64,000 nucleotides of DNA, taken from the NCBI GenBank assembly GCA_038087875.1, contig JAXLNO010000186.1:1-64000 (forward strand), given 5' to 3'. Below the pieces are notes generated by a model, which had not been told where the DNA came from, did no database searches, and saw nothing but the letters and a program-made list of their open reading frames with translations. This document shows, in pieces, positions 12,722 through 26,129 of the stretch (the stretch's first letter is position 1; each line of letters begins with the position of its first letter). This stretch comes from Malacoraja senta (taxonomy: Eukaryota). The position numbers and the translations under genes were made by a program.

Positions 12722-13199
12722 CTGCAAAAGACAAAACAATATAAACATAACATCCACCGGCCGGATAGATAACGTATCGTTCAACATTTGGTACATTGTA
12801 AATATGTGCCTTAAATGAAAATGCCTGTGTGTTCCTATCAAGACGTCTGTTCGTCACGGCGGGATATAGATCATTTGGAAAAATGAACGGAGAAATGGCA
12901 GATGATGATCAGCCCAGACAAGTGTGTCGTGTTGCATTTTGTAATGTCAAATGCTAGAGCATAATATACAGTACATTGAAGAACCCATAGGAGCATTGAT
13001 TTGCAGAGTGTCCTTTGTGTACCATGACATGAAGTAGACAGAACGTACAGAAATCCCCTGTGGCCATGTCCCCCGAAAACATCCCCTGGATACTGTTGGG
13101 AGGAAATGTCCGGTCAGGGGTGAGCACCAGGTGCAGTCAGCTTTGTGGCCGCGGGCTCTGAGTCACAGCGGGGAAGATGAAAACACGAGGGTGAAAGTG

Positions 13200-14000
13200 A
13201 TCGTAAGAGACAGGACATTCTGTGGCAGTGGCTGGTGAGTTGTTCAGGTGTGGAGCTTACCTGTGTAAGAGGGACGGATGCACGTGAAATATGGGAGTCC
13301 ATTGTCCTTGCAGTGAAGTTCGCTAAGACTATTCGGGAGGGTTAAAATAGAATGGCAGGTGAGTGGAACCAGAATAGAAAGTCAACAAATGGAAAAGCTG
13401 AAGTGAAGGTAGAGATTAGGACCAGTAAATCTCAAGGGAACGACAGGTAGAGAGAGGTTAATAAAAGTGGTGAAACTGGTTACCTGAAGTGTGTTTACTT
13501 GAATACACGAAATATCATTGGTGAAGTGATTGAACTGAGAGCCAGGATCAGTGCTTGGAACTCTGATATTGTCCCGCTATGAACATTTAGTTGCGACAGG
13601 GGCAGCAGTGGCCGTTCAACGTGGCAGGGTTTCAATACATCGCAGGTGATAGAGTTGCGATAAAAGAAGTGGTGGAGTTTCTTTACTAATCTGGGACAAT
13701 AACACTGCATCACTGCGAGAGGACATACTGCGGTGGAGGCTCGTCTCCTTAGGCGATATCAGTGAAATATAAAATGAAAACATGTGTAATGATTCTGATT
13801 GGATTTGAATTTAGCCCCCCAATAGGCAGTAGTAGACATGACGGAAAGATACAAAATCAACAGGGTTGTCATTGTGGGTGACGTTAACTTCCCCAATATT
13901 GACAGAGATTTACTGAGAGCTAAAGGCGTAGTTAGGACAGAAGTTGTTCGATGTATCCACGAGGACTTCTTAAAACAGCATGTGGACAGGACTCTACTGT
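13200..14000 (+). mobile_element. Old CR1 5'/endonuclease-region remnant
   Basis: RVVIVGDVNFPNID (GDFN-like APE motif) and FLKQHVDR; heavily degenerate. Confidence 0.6.
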
Positions 14001-14439
14001 TATTGAGTAACGCAGCGGGCCGGGTACAATCTCTGGACAACATGGATGGGTGACGTTTCGGGTCGGGACCTTTGTTCAGACCGATTGTGGAAGGGGAGAG
14101 ATGCTGGAGGAGAGGAAGGAGTGGATAAAACCTGGCAAGTGATAGGTGGATACATGTGACGGGTTGGTGGATAGACAGATGGTTGCACAAAAGGCCAGAA
14201 ATGAAAAGATAAAAACTGTGAAATATGGATAGAAGTTTTGCGAACTGTGAAGACAGAATACGAAATGTTGATGGGGGCGGAGGGGGCGCGGGGCGGGGGG
14301 GTGGTTGTTGTAATAAAGTGTCCGAGTCCAGGTGGCCACAGCGAAGAGAGGGACGGAAGGAGTGGAGGGGAATGGGGTGTTTAAGATAGTTAGCTAACAT
14401 TGGAGATTGGTGTGAACATTGAATTCTCCAATGTTAACT

Positions 14440-15030
14440 AACCATCTTAAATTGATGGTGGAGTTGATGAAGTCCATGGGTTCTGCATGAGTGCAGGAGA
14501 CAGCACCGATGCAGTCATCAATGTAACAGAGATAGAGTTAGGGGATAAGGCCAGTGTACGCCTGGAACAGGGATTGTTCCCTACAAAGAGGCAGACATAG
14601 CTGGAGCCCATGCGGGTGCCCATAGCTACGCCTTGGACTTGGAGGAAGTGTGAGGAGTCAATGGATTTGTTGAGGGTGAGGACCAACACCACTAGGCGGA
14701 TTAGTGTTAGCAGAGGGAAATTGGATGGTTCTGTGGTCGAGTAAAGTATGGAGGGCTTTCAGGCCTTCCTGGTAAGGGGTGGAGGGGTACAGTGACTTAA
14801 CGTCATAGTAAAGAGGAGGGAGCTCGGACAGCTGAAGTCATTAAAGAGACGAAGAGCTTGTGAGGTATCTTGGATATAGGTCGGGAGAGATTGAACCAGG
14901 GGGAATAGGATGGGATCGAGATACATGGGAATCATTTCCGTGGGACAGGAGCAGGCAGAAACAATAGGTCTGTCAGGCATTTGTGTTTGTGGATTTTGGG
15001 GAGAAGGTAAAACCGGGCTGTGCGGCACTG
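14440..15030 (-). mobile_element. Penelope-like reverse transcriptase fragment
   Basis: RPIVSACSCPTE...LPTYIQDT and FLQVQGVAMGTRMG are typical Penelope RT motifs. A terminal repeat lies at 14000-14085 on the same strand. Confidence 0.8.
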
Positions 15031-15963
15031 GGAAATGATCAGATTAGTTAGTTATGGGGACTGACGGGAGATTCTGTGGCATAAACGGGAGACCTTTAGA
15101 GGAATATAACATCACGAGGTACATAGTTAAGAACATGATTTCCCAGTGCAGAAATGTCAAAGACTAGAAGATATACATTTTAACGTTTAGTTTAGTTCAG
15201 AGACACAATGTGGAAACAGTACCTTCGGCGCACAGAGTACAAGCCGACCAATGGGCACCCATAGACTAATTATTTCCTACATACTGGGGACAATTTACAG
15301 GAGCCAAATTAACCTACAAACAACGTCTTTGAAATATGGGAAAATCCGGAGTACCCGGAGAAATCCCACGCGGTCACAGGAAGAACATACAACCCCCGGA
15401 CAGCAGCAGTAATCAGGAAGGAAACCGGGAATGTAACGCTGTACGGCAGCAAATCTACCTCTGTGCCCCTATGCTGCTCTGGACAAAGGTGTGTGGTCAA
15501 CTATTTAAAGGAGACTAGACCACTGGGACACGTTGGCTCCCTGTCACACCGGATGCCTGGTATCCCAAAGCAATATTCCACCACTAACTGGTAGCCCCCA
15601 CGGGATGTGTGGTTCCCCAACCTAAGATTCCACCCCTCCTGCCGCAACACTTCCAATTGCAATACTTCACCCTCCCCCTCCTGTTCAAGCACTTGCTGGC
15701 AGGAGCTGTACTTCACAGGAATAGACCATTCGCTCCTCAGTGACGACTATAATGCCAAGTTAAGCTAATCTCCTCTGCCCACATATGATCCAATTTCCTC
15801 TATTCACTGCATGTCCATGTGTCTATCTACAAGCCACTTAAACTCCACTTGGATGTTGCTCTTCCAACACCCCTGGCAGCGCGTTGCAGGTACTCATCGT
15901 TATGTTAAAAATACAACCCCGCACATCTCATTCAAACCTTGACAGTTTCACCGTAAAACCATG

Positions 15964-18935
15964 TAGGCTGTGGGCCGAGGAGCTTTATTTCGTGACCCAA
16001 GTCACAGAATTACATGAAATTTTCACATATTGTGTAAAAATATTATATAAATCACCCCTGAAACTCGTCGAGTACAAGACTTGCACATTTTTATTAAATT
16101 AAAGAAAAAACTGAAAATTATCGGGTATTTTTAGTCCAATCAAAGCACGTTTAACATTGAGTAGTATGCCAGTTGGCCAATCACGCGCTTTGTTTCAGGC
16201 TAGCTAGGCAGGGAGCACACAACATGGCTGATAGTACTTCTACTGATGCCTGTTTTACTGGAAATTACGATGAAGATTCTTTCTAGTTCTGTGAGATACA
16301 TGTCGTGGAAACTTGCCGCAGGGTAATTGAATTTAGTGAGAAAAGCATTAAGAAGTCTGAAGAATGTGCAGCTAAGTGGATAGAAGTGGGAAAAAGTCTT
16401 GAAAGCTAAGTCGCTGCTGAGGTGCTGCAACAGAGTTGTGAAACCAGTCAAACTTTGTGAATCAACTCAAACAGAAAGGTAAGATCTAAAGTCTGAATTT
16501 ATGAAAATTAATCTGTATGGACTTTAATTAATTTAATTGCACCCTTTATAATGTGAAAATATGAGTTTTGGAGGCTGTAGTTTCACTCATTCATTCACTC
16601 ATTCATTCATTCATTCATTCATTCATTCATGAAGTTGAGGGCCTAAACTATGTGTATCCATAGCAAGGTAAATTAAACATTGTCACTAATGCCAGCTTGT
16701 TGTAGTCTAATAAGTCTTTAACATCTAATCTCGGAGCTGCCTGCGATCACTTACCGAGTACAAGTGCTCCGATCGCGGGGCTTATGTACTTAACATAGTG
16801 AAGCCGCGGTCTCAATTAAGAAGCGGACGATTCGCGAACGCGGAGCCGCGGAGTGTGTTTGGATCATCTCCGCCGGGGGGGGTGGGGGGGGGGGGCTGTA
16901 CATAGTGCCGTCCGCTACGGCCGTTTCCAGGCCCCGACCACGGGAGAAAAACGGAGGAATATTCATTGCACAATATAGGCTGCCATTGGAGTGAGAAATG
17001 GTCAGAAATGGCTGATGTTTATGTAGAATTGAATAGGTGTATGTGAACTTGAACTAATTTATCTATGGTAGTAACCTAGTGTTATCTCATTAACATTAAG
17101 AAGAGGTTGAAATTTTATGAATTGAAGTCCATGCAGACTTAATGACTATGAGATGTTTTTTTTTGTAGCCTCTGCCTGACCCTCCACTTGCACTTGAACT
17201 AACTTATCAATGGACTTAACAAAAGACTTGGAATCTGATGAAGACTATTCAGATGAAGATCAGATGTAATGTAAACAAATAAATTGGGGAAATAATGATT
17301 ATATAAAGTTTTATTTTAGTGTCGATCGTTTCACTGTTTATTTGGTCAAATTATTTAAACAATGAGTGAATTACTTATGATAATGCGTGCTGGTGAATGA
17401 CAGTGCGACAGTCCACCCACCCATCCACACATACATACACACATCCACACACACATCCATCTGTACGCACACTTCCATGCATGCACACACACACATACAT
17501 ACATGCACACATACATCCGCACACACACACAAACATCCATCCGCACGCAGACATACATGTACACATCCATGCACACACATACATCCACACACATACATCC
17601 AAACATACATACACACTTACATCCACATATACATCCACACATCCATCCATCCACACATACACACACACTTACATCCACACATCCACAGATACACGTTTGA
17701 CAGTCAACTGACTGTCAAATTAACTTTAACCCAATGTCTGCAGTATGCTATTTGCACTTTTCTATATTGCACCTTTTATTAATGAATATTTTATATAATG
17801 TATATGTCCATTGTCTATTTTTATTGGTATACTGTCTGTCTGTGTTATAAACATTACTTGCACATTGGAGTATGGGGAAACGCAATTTCAATCCTCTGTG
17901 TAACTACTTGTTGCATTATTTGAATTGACAATAAAGTTACTATTACTATTACTATTACTGACAGGTATACACAGACACACACACAAACTACAGATACTCA
18001 AACAATGCAACACTTTTAGGGTTATTTTAGGTTTAAAGTAATAGCCCTCATTTGCAAAGGCACCCTCGGGGGGTATCTAACATAAATATAAGGTCATTGT
18101 AGCTTTAAATGAATACTCGTCGAGTAAACATCAGAGCATTCGATTCTTGGTCAGGATGTGACATTTACATCAGAAATAAGACAGGTCACTTACAGGTCTG
18201 CCACCCAGCCTGGCACTGCCCCAGTCCCACTATGGCCGTCACCCCCACTCTCCCCACTATGGCAGTCAGTGGGGTTCAGTAAAAGGGGGAACCCAGAGGA
18301 TCTGTCCTGACCCTTTAATTAGGCAGGTTCATGTGCCCTTAAAACCTGGGACCTCTGCTGCAGTCTCATTACATTTCATATTAAAGCGACTGGAAGATGC
18401 CTTGCAGGACTGTCCCCCAGCCTGGCACTGCCCCAGTCCCACTATGGCCGTGACCCCCACTCTGCCGGGGGATCAGTAAAGGGAGGAACCCACAAGGACT
18501 GCCCTCACCCATTAATTAGGCTGGTCCAGGAGCAGGACCTCTGTGACAGTGTCATTAAAAAAACACACTCACAATTATATTCATCATATTATTTTATATT
18601 CTATAATTATACTTAATTATATATGATTACAGTCATATTTACAAGTCATATGTATATATATATAGGTATAATAATATATAGTTTAAATGGACTGCAACAC
18701 GGAAATCGGCTGCCCATGGTGTAATATGGGCATTGGCCAGTAGATGGCGCTTACTTTCCCGATCTCATTTTCTAATTAGTTTAATTAATTAATGTGCAGC
18801 TTTTGGCATTGACGAGTTATGACTTCCTTCTCACTTATATTTCATCTATATCTGTGGAAAATTTCATGTAGTTCTGTGACCTGGGTCACGAAAACCTATT
18901 TCTAGACACATTTTTGATGCTCGGCCCACAGCCTA
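15964..18935 (+). mobile_element. About 3.0-kb non-autonomous TIR DNA transposon, TAG...CTA termini, possibly Academ-like
   Basis: Left end taggctgtgggccgag...ttcgtgacccaagtcacagaattacatgaaatttt matches the reverse complement of the right end aaaatttcatgtagttctgtgacctgggtcacgaa...ctcggcccacagccta. The superfamily is inferred. Confidence 0.7.
17420..17695. repeat. Degenerate CA-rich microsatellite
   Basis: cacacatacatcc-type repeats, which produce the spurious CVCV/HTHT ORFs. Confidence 0.9.
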
Positions 18936-20339
18936 GTTGTACGTAAGGTCATCGGGTCAAAGGGCGTGACGCACGGAGCAGCTCAATCCTTCTGGAGGAC
19001 ATGGCAGCCTCCGGCATACACTGTTAACACACGAAACGCGTACTTTCCTACCTGTTAAAACCCGTGAAAATTGTCATTTTTGGCGCTGTAAATAATTGTG
19101 GAGGGTGATGAGCGCTCTGAACCAAGCTCCAGTATCTTTGCTCTAACCCGAGCACCAGGGTGTAAGCGGCCGAAGGAGCGCATCCCTCGGGACAGCCCCC
19201 ACTCTCCCCCACCGTGTCAGCGCAGTCTGGCCACGGCTGCCCTCCGCCCACCCTCCCCCTCTGCGGCCGCAGTGTCACGGGCTGTGGGTTGGCAGCGCCC
19301 ACGCACGGGGCCGGGTGGAGAGGGGCCGCGGCTCCTGTCAGCGGACACATGGGGACGAAAACCCGGCAACGTTCCCGTCATCGGTAGCAGAGTAGGGGAC
19401 AGTCTGGTCCCTCCTCTCACCCAGAGTCACTGACCGCGCTGCACCGGCACCCCGACCTCTCACCACCACCTTATAACAAATAAGGTGCTTTAAAAAAAAA
19501 GTTTTAAGGGAAACTGCGTATAAAATGGGCGACAATGCGCAATGAAAGGTCTCTGGACCATATGCATTCTATGATCTTTAGTTTAATCAGTGTTGTGGGG
19601 GTACGGTATGTGTGTGTTTCTGTGTGTGAGTGGCAAGATAGAGATAATATATTTCAAAGTTCCTCATGGATCAGAAGCAACTTTGATTTAAAGCAACTCA
19701 TGATGTACATGAGCCATTCTCATGATGTACATAAGCCATAAAGGCAATTATATTTGCCGTTATTTTTTTGCCTATAAGATATAAGGAACATAAGCAATAA
19801 TATATTTGCCTATATTTTTGCCTATATTTATATATTATAAACACGTATATATATATTATATATATGATACACACACATATACGAATGTGATATTGATGTA
19901 TATAATTATATAACACACATATTTCTCTAGTTTCTTATATAAATAAACACATATATTCATTATATATGTATATATTACAGGGCTCTCGCTAATTGTTTTC
20001 CCCTGTTGCCAGCCGGGTAACCTAGGTTGCCAAATGACAGTTTAGGTGGTCATTTAAGACGGCTTGCATGACACGTGCGATAATGTGCTTGGACGAAGTG
20101 CGTAGTTACCAGTCGGAATTATGGTCAATGAAGCATTCACGTATTACTTCTGCTTCAAATAAAGTCACAAACTAAACATATTCACCAATCAAGACATGAT
20201 ATATACCACAATGACATGCAGCAAAATTACAATACAGTATCTCATCTCCTTTTTACACGTTGCAATTAATGCAATTTCTATTATTTCTTTCCATTTCCAA
20301 ACAAAATTCTGGTTGGATTATTCAGCGCATGATCAACCT

Positions 20340-21505
20340 CGGTGAGACCAAGTGCAGGCTTGGCGATCGCTTCGCACAACACCTACACTCAGCTCGCAAT
20401 AACCAACCTGATCTCCCGGTGGCTCAGCACTTCAACTCCCCCTCCCATTCCGAATCCGACCTTTCTGTCCTGGGCCTCCTCCATGGCCAGAGTGAGGCCC
20501 ACCGCATATTGGAGGAGCAGCACCTCATATTTTGCTTGGGTAGTTTACACCCCAGCGGTATGAACACTGGCTTCTCTAATTTCAGGTAGTCCTTGCTTTC
20601 TCCCTCCTTCCCCTCCCGTTCCCAGCTCTCCCACAGCCTACTGTCTCCGCCTCTTCCTTTCTTTTTCCAGACCACCCCCCCCCATCCGTAATCAGTCTGA
20701 AGAAGGGTCTCGACCCGAAACGTCGACTATTCCTTCGCTCCATAGATGCTGCCTTACCCGCAGATTTTCTCCAGCTTTGTCTACCAACGGGATCCCACCA
20801 CTGGCCACATCTTCCCATCTCCTCCCCTGTTGGTTTTCCGCAGAGACCGCTCCTTCCGTAACTCCCTGGTCATTTCGTCCCTTCCCACCCAAACCACCCC
20901 CTCTCCTGGCACTTTCCCTTGCAACTGCAGGAAATGCTACACTTGTCGCTTTACCTCCACCCTTGACTCCATTCAAGGACCCAAGCCATCTTTCCAGGTA
21001 CGGCAGAGGTTCACCTGCACCTCCTCCAACCTCATCTATTGCATCCGCTGCTCTTGGTGTCAGCTACTCTACATCGGTGAGACCAAGCATAGGTTTGGCG
21101 ATCGCTTTGCCCAATACCTCCGCTCGGTTCGCAATAACCAACCTGATCTCCCGGTGGCTCAGCACTTCAACTCCCCCTCCCATTCCGAATCTGACTTTCT
21201 GTCCTGGGCCTCCTCCATGGCCAGAGTGAGGCCCACCGTAAATTGGAGGAGCAGCACCTCATATTTTGCTTGGGCAGTTTACACTCCAGCATTATGCAAA
21301 TTGACCTACAATTTCAGGTAGTCCCTGCTTTCTCCTCCGCTTCCCAGCTCTCCCTCAGCCCACCGTCTCTGCCTCTTCCTTTCTTCTTCCCACCCCCTCC
21401 ACCCTCATATCAGTTTGAAGAAGGGTCTCGACCCAAAACGTCGCCTATTTCCTTCGCTCCATAGATGCTGCCTCACCCGCTGAGTTTCTCCAGCATTTTT
21501 GTCTC
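20340..21505 (+). mobile_element. Penelope-like element 3' ends in partial tandem (two GIY-YIG C-termini, each with a terminal repeat)
   Basis: FTCTSSNLIYCIRCSWCQLLYIGETKHRFGDRF...PVAQHFNSPSH (GIY-YIG). A shorter copy at 20340-20780 precedes the longer copy at 20780-21505. Confidence 0.88.
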
Positions 21506-21769
21506 CCCATTCACACAAGTTCTGTTATACCACATTCCTCACCTACTCCCTGCACGTTAGGGGCAATTTTACAGAGACAAGTTAACCTACAAAGCCAATG
21601 CGTCTTTGGGATGTGGGAGGAAACCTACACGCTTGCAGGGAGAATGTGCAAATTCAACACAGACAGTGCCAGAGGACAGGATCGAACACAGATCCTTGGC
21701 GTGTGAGGCAGGAAGTCCACCAGCTGTGGACTTATTTTCGCATTGAAAATAAAAAAAAATAAACCGTTT

Positions 21770-22420
21770 TCGGTCGCCTCCTTGACGGAGAGGCGACTTT
21801 TTCCATGTCGCCTCCCTCGCGGCCTAACAGCTTGGATTGGAGCGGCCTTCCCCGGAGTCAGGCCGGAGCATCAGCAGCAGGCGCAGCATGGACTTTTCCA
21901 TCACGGAGCGGGCAAACCCTTGCCAGGGGTCTCCAAAAAGGAGTGCTCCAATCGCTGGCCTGGTGACTTTGGCATCATGGGGCTGTCGTCTGCGGAGCTT
22001 GTAGTCGCGGGCGTAGCGTGGACTTACCATCCGAAGTCTGTAATCCCTGCGGCCTATAACATCCTATAACATCCTAAAGCCGCGGTCTACGGTAGGAAAG
22101 TGCCGATTCGGGACCTCCAACCCACGGAGTGTGTTTGACCATCCCGACGTCGGAGTTTTGATCATCCCGACGAGAGGGCCTGTACATTCGGCCATCCGTA
22201 GCAGTGACTATGGAGGGTTTATGGCCCCAACCATGGGTGAACAAAGGAGGAGGACTGGCTGAACCTTGTTGCCTTCCACCACAGTGAACAATGCTGTGGT
22301 GGATGTTTGTGTCAAATCATATTGTGTATTGTGTGTTCTTTTTAAGTGTAGTGCTGCTGGCAAATTCATTTCACTGCACCTTCGGGTGCATGTGACGAAT
22401 AAAATTGACTCTGACTTTGG
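21770..22420 (+). mobile_element. Unclassified interspersed repeat with LINE-like 3' tail (related fragment at 16730-16960)
   Basis: Ends in aataaaattgactctgact. Shares gccgcggtct...gattcg...gagtgtgttt blocks with 16800-16960. Confidence 0.5.
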
Positions 22421-23384
22421 TACTTTTAGGCAGCAACTTTAAGGCCAATGTACTGCCCCATAGTCTTCAACTGAATTAAAACACACAGTAGCTGTAAAGG
22501 GGGACGCAGAGTGACTTAGAGATTTAAGACTGAAAATGGATAGTTTATTTTGGTTATTTGTTAGTAACCAAAGTTACCAACGCATATTTTTTTCCGCATT
22601 GGAATCAAGAAATAGTGGCACAGCTGGTAGAGTTGCTGCCTCACATGCCAGAGATAGAACTAGTGTGAATGGGTGATTGATGGTCAGCATGGACTTGGTG
22701 GGCCGAAGGGCCTGTTTCCATGCTAAATCTCTAATGGATATATGCAAGAGACCAACGTATGAAGATGCACTGAAAACCTAGAGGGCTGAAAAATTGGAGG
22801 AGGCAGCGTGAATGGCAAAATTCATGTTTCTTTTTAATCTGCTCTGACAACCACAGGCTAGGTGTATAAATCAAACCGTTTCCTGATTTTATTTTTGATT
22901 CTGACAGATTTTTGATACACACACACATGCAAATGCATACACGGCTGATTGCGTACACACATGGACACACACATGGTCACTCGCATATGTTGGATGCATC
23001 CGTACATGCACACACTTAACATACACACATGTGACACACACAGGGCAGAGTGACAGTTCACTATCAATGGTGATAGATGTATGGCAGTGTTCATTGGGTG
23101 CATCTGTGCACACACACAAACACACACTCAGACACACAAGCGTAACACACACGATGAACTTAGATCCTAATTCCTGGGATCGCGGTGAATCACTGTGACT
23201 GTAAGCGGCTCCCATTGTCTGTCTGTCACTCAGATCTGAAATCAATTCTTACGCACGTCTTCAACTTGCCTCGGTGGCTGGAGACGACGATTCTTGCTGT
23301 GTTGCACCAGTCACTGAAAACAAAGGAACACAACGAGTGAGTGATGTTGGAGGGGGCACAACAATGTAAGCCGAGAGGGAAACA

Positions 23385-25930
23385 GACAGTAATAAATTAT
23401 TGGGGGATGCACATAATTCAAAGGCCAACGAAGCACTGGGAGCTCTGCATGACGCCATCAGTGAGTTCCAGACAAAACATCCTGATAGCTTCATTGTGGT
23501 GGCCGGGGATTTTAATCACACCAGCCTTAAGACGGTGCTCCCAAAATTCAAGCAATATGTGGATTTTGAGACCAGGGGAGAGAACATCTTGGACTTGGTT
23601 TACACCAACACCCCAGAGGCTTACACGGCAGCCCCACGCCCTCACCTGGGCCACTCGGACCACATTTCAGTGTTTTTAACACCAGCCTACAGACCTCGGC
23701 AGAAACAAGCCAGAGCAGAGAGAAAACACACCAGGGTCTGGCCAGAGGGAGCAGCCTCAGCACTGCAGGATAGCTTCCTGCACACTGACTGGGATGTGTT
23801 CAGGACAGCGGCATCCTATGACGACCTCATCAACATCGAGGAGTACGCAGAGACTGTAACCAGCTACATTGCCAAGTGCACCGAGGACGTCACCATCATG
23901 AAAACCTTCACTGCACGTGGAAACAAAAAGCCATGGATGACAGCAGAGGTACGCTCACTGCTGAGGGCTCGTGATGAAGCCTACAGAGCCGGTAACACAT
24001 CCGCTCTTCGATCTAGCAGGACTGCACTGGAAAAAGGAATCAGGGCAGCGAAATGTGCCTACGCGGGGAAAATCCAGGGACACCTCTGTGACACAGGAGA
24101 CACCAGGAGGATGTGGGAGGGAATCCAAACACTGACGGCGTACAAGGCAAGGCAGCAGGTAACTGACACGGATTCTTCTCTCCCAGATGAACTAAACAAC
24201 TTCTTCGCTCGTTTTGATGCAGCAAACACTACACCCAAGGGGAGAGCCAGTCCCCGCATACAAACAGACCAGCCAGTCCTGACCATAGACCCTATGGACA
24301 CACGGAGAATCCTGTCTAAGGTCAACCCGTGGAAAGCAGTCGGACCCGATAACATCCCAGGACGTGTGTTTAAGGAATGTGCTGAGGAGTTAGCATATGT
24401 GCTAACGGACATCTATAACATCTCCCTCAGTCAAGCCATTGTCCCCACATGCCTCAAAATGAGTACAATTATCCCAATAGCGAAGAAACCAGTTGTGGCC
24501 TGCCTAAATGATTACCGACGTCGCCCTGACCCCAATAATAATGAAGTGTTTTGAACGCCTGGTGAAACCCCACATTACTGCCAGCCTCCCCTCATCGTTA
24601 GACCCCCTCCAGTTTGCCTATCGCCCCAACCGTTCTACAGAGGATGCCATCTCTACCACGCTGCACACAGTGCTCACGCATCTGGAAAACAGTAACACAT
24701 ATGCCAGAATCCTGTACATTGACTTCAGCTCTGCGTTCAACACCACCCTGTGTCACTGGATCTTGGACTTTCTGACAGAGAGACCACAGTCAGTCCGTGT
24801 GGGCAAGAACACTTCAGGCTCGATCACGCTGAGCACCGGCTCACCTCAAGGCTGTGTGCTCAGCCCGCTGTTGTTCACATTGCTCACACATAACTGTGCT
24901 GCCAGATTCAGGGACAATAAGATCATAAAATTCGCGGATGACACAACAGTGGTGGGACTCATCAGCGGAGATGATGAATCAATGTACAGGGAGGAGGTAA
25001 AACAACTAGTGGACTGGTGCGGCAAAAGTAATCTAGAACTAAATCTGGAAAAAACAAAGGAGATGGTTGTCGACTTCAGGAGGGCGCAGCCAAAGCATGC
25101 ACCCCTTAACATTAGTGGCGCCACAGTGGAGAGAGTGGAGAGCATAAAGTTCCTCGGGGTGCAAATTACAGACAGCCTCACCTGGTCCAGAAACACCACT
25201 GGGTCCGTCAAAAGGGCCCATCAGCGACTGCACTTCCTGAGGAAACTAAAACAGGCCTCACTCCCCACCAACATCCTCAGGACTTTCTACAGGGGTACGG
25301 TGGAGTCTGTACTCACGTACTGTTTAAATACGTGCTACTCCACCTGCAACTGCTAGGACAGGAAGGCTCTGCAGAGGGTAGTGAGGGGAGCAGAGAAGTT
25401 CATTGGCGTCTCCCTACCCTCGGTACAAGAACTGTTCCTGAGCCGCTGTCGGAAAAAAGCTCAAAAAATTGCTAAGGACAAACTGCACCCCCTCCACATA
25501 CACCTGGATTTCCTGCCATCAGGCAAGAGATATCGCAGCATCAAAGCCCGGACTACAAGACTGCTAAACAGCTTCCTGCCATATGCTGTGAGGCTGCTAA
25601 ACAGCCACTCTGTACTCACAGTCACCTGATTCTGCGGCTTGGCACGGACACTATAATAACTGGCACAGGCCACTTGAATAACTGGCACTGGCCACTCAAA
25701 TCAGCGCCCCGGACATGTTTATGATTGGTCTTACTGTATTTTAACGTTGTTTTTATCTATTTTAACTTATACTTTTCCATCAGGGACTGGATTGTTTTTA
25801 GTGTTGTTATTATTATGTGTGAAATGTTTTAAACGTCATGTGCGATGCTCTGGTATTCCCTGGGAAACGTCTTTTCGTTTTGCACTGCACAACTGTTGCT
25901 TGCAAGATGACAATAAAGGAAATTAATTGA
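23385..25930 (+). mobile_element. Rex1/Babar-clade LINE (partial endonuclease plus RT), degenerate
   Basis: AGDFN, LDLVY and HLGHSDH (APE), then [28 protein letters not shown] and FADD. Frameshift near 24520, a deletion after FNT, and a stop at 25354. Confidence 0.9.
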
Positions 25931-26129
25931 ACATAGTAATGTGTCCAGAGTACACCAGGGAGTAAAGGTTGTCATGGTGCAAAACTGTAAAACAATATTT
26001 GAGGAAATATACAGTAATAAATCACGATAAAGGGCTCGGTAAGTCCCGCTGAGTTACCCAGCATTTTGTGTCTCTCTTCGGTCAATAAGTATCATAGGGC
26101 CTGCCTATCAGTGGAAAGGGAATCTTCTG

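Noticed and set aside
19978..20340. hAT-like end cagggctctcgctaa
   Set aside because: No matching second TIR or TSD was found, so it cannot be supported as a complete element.
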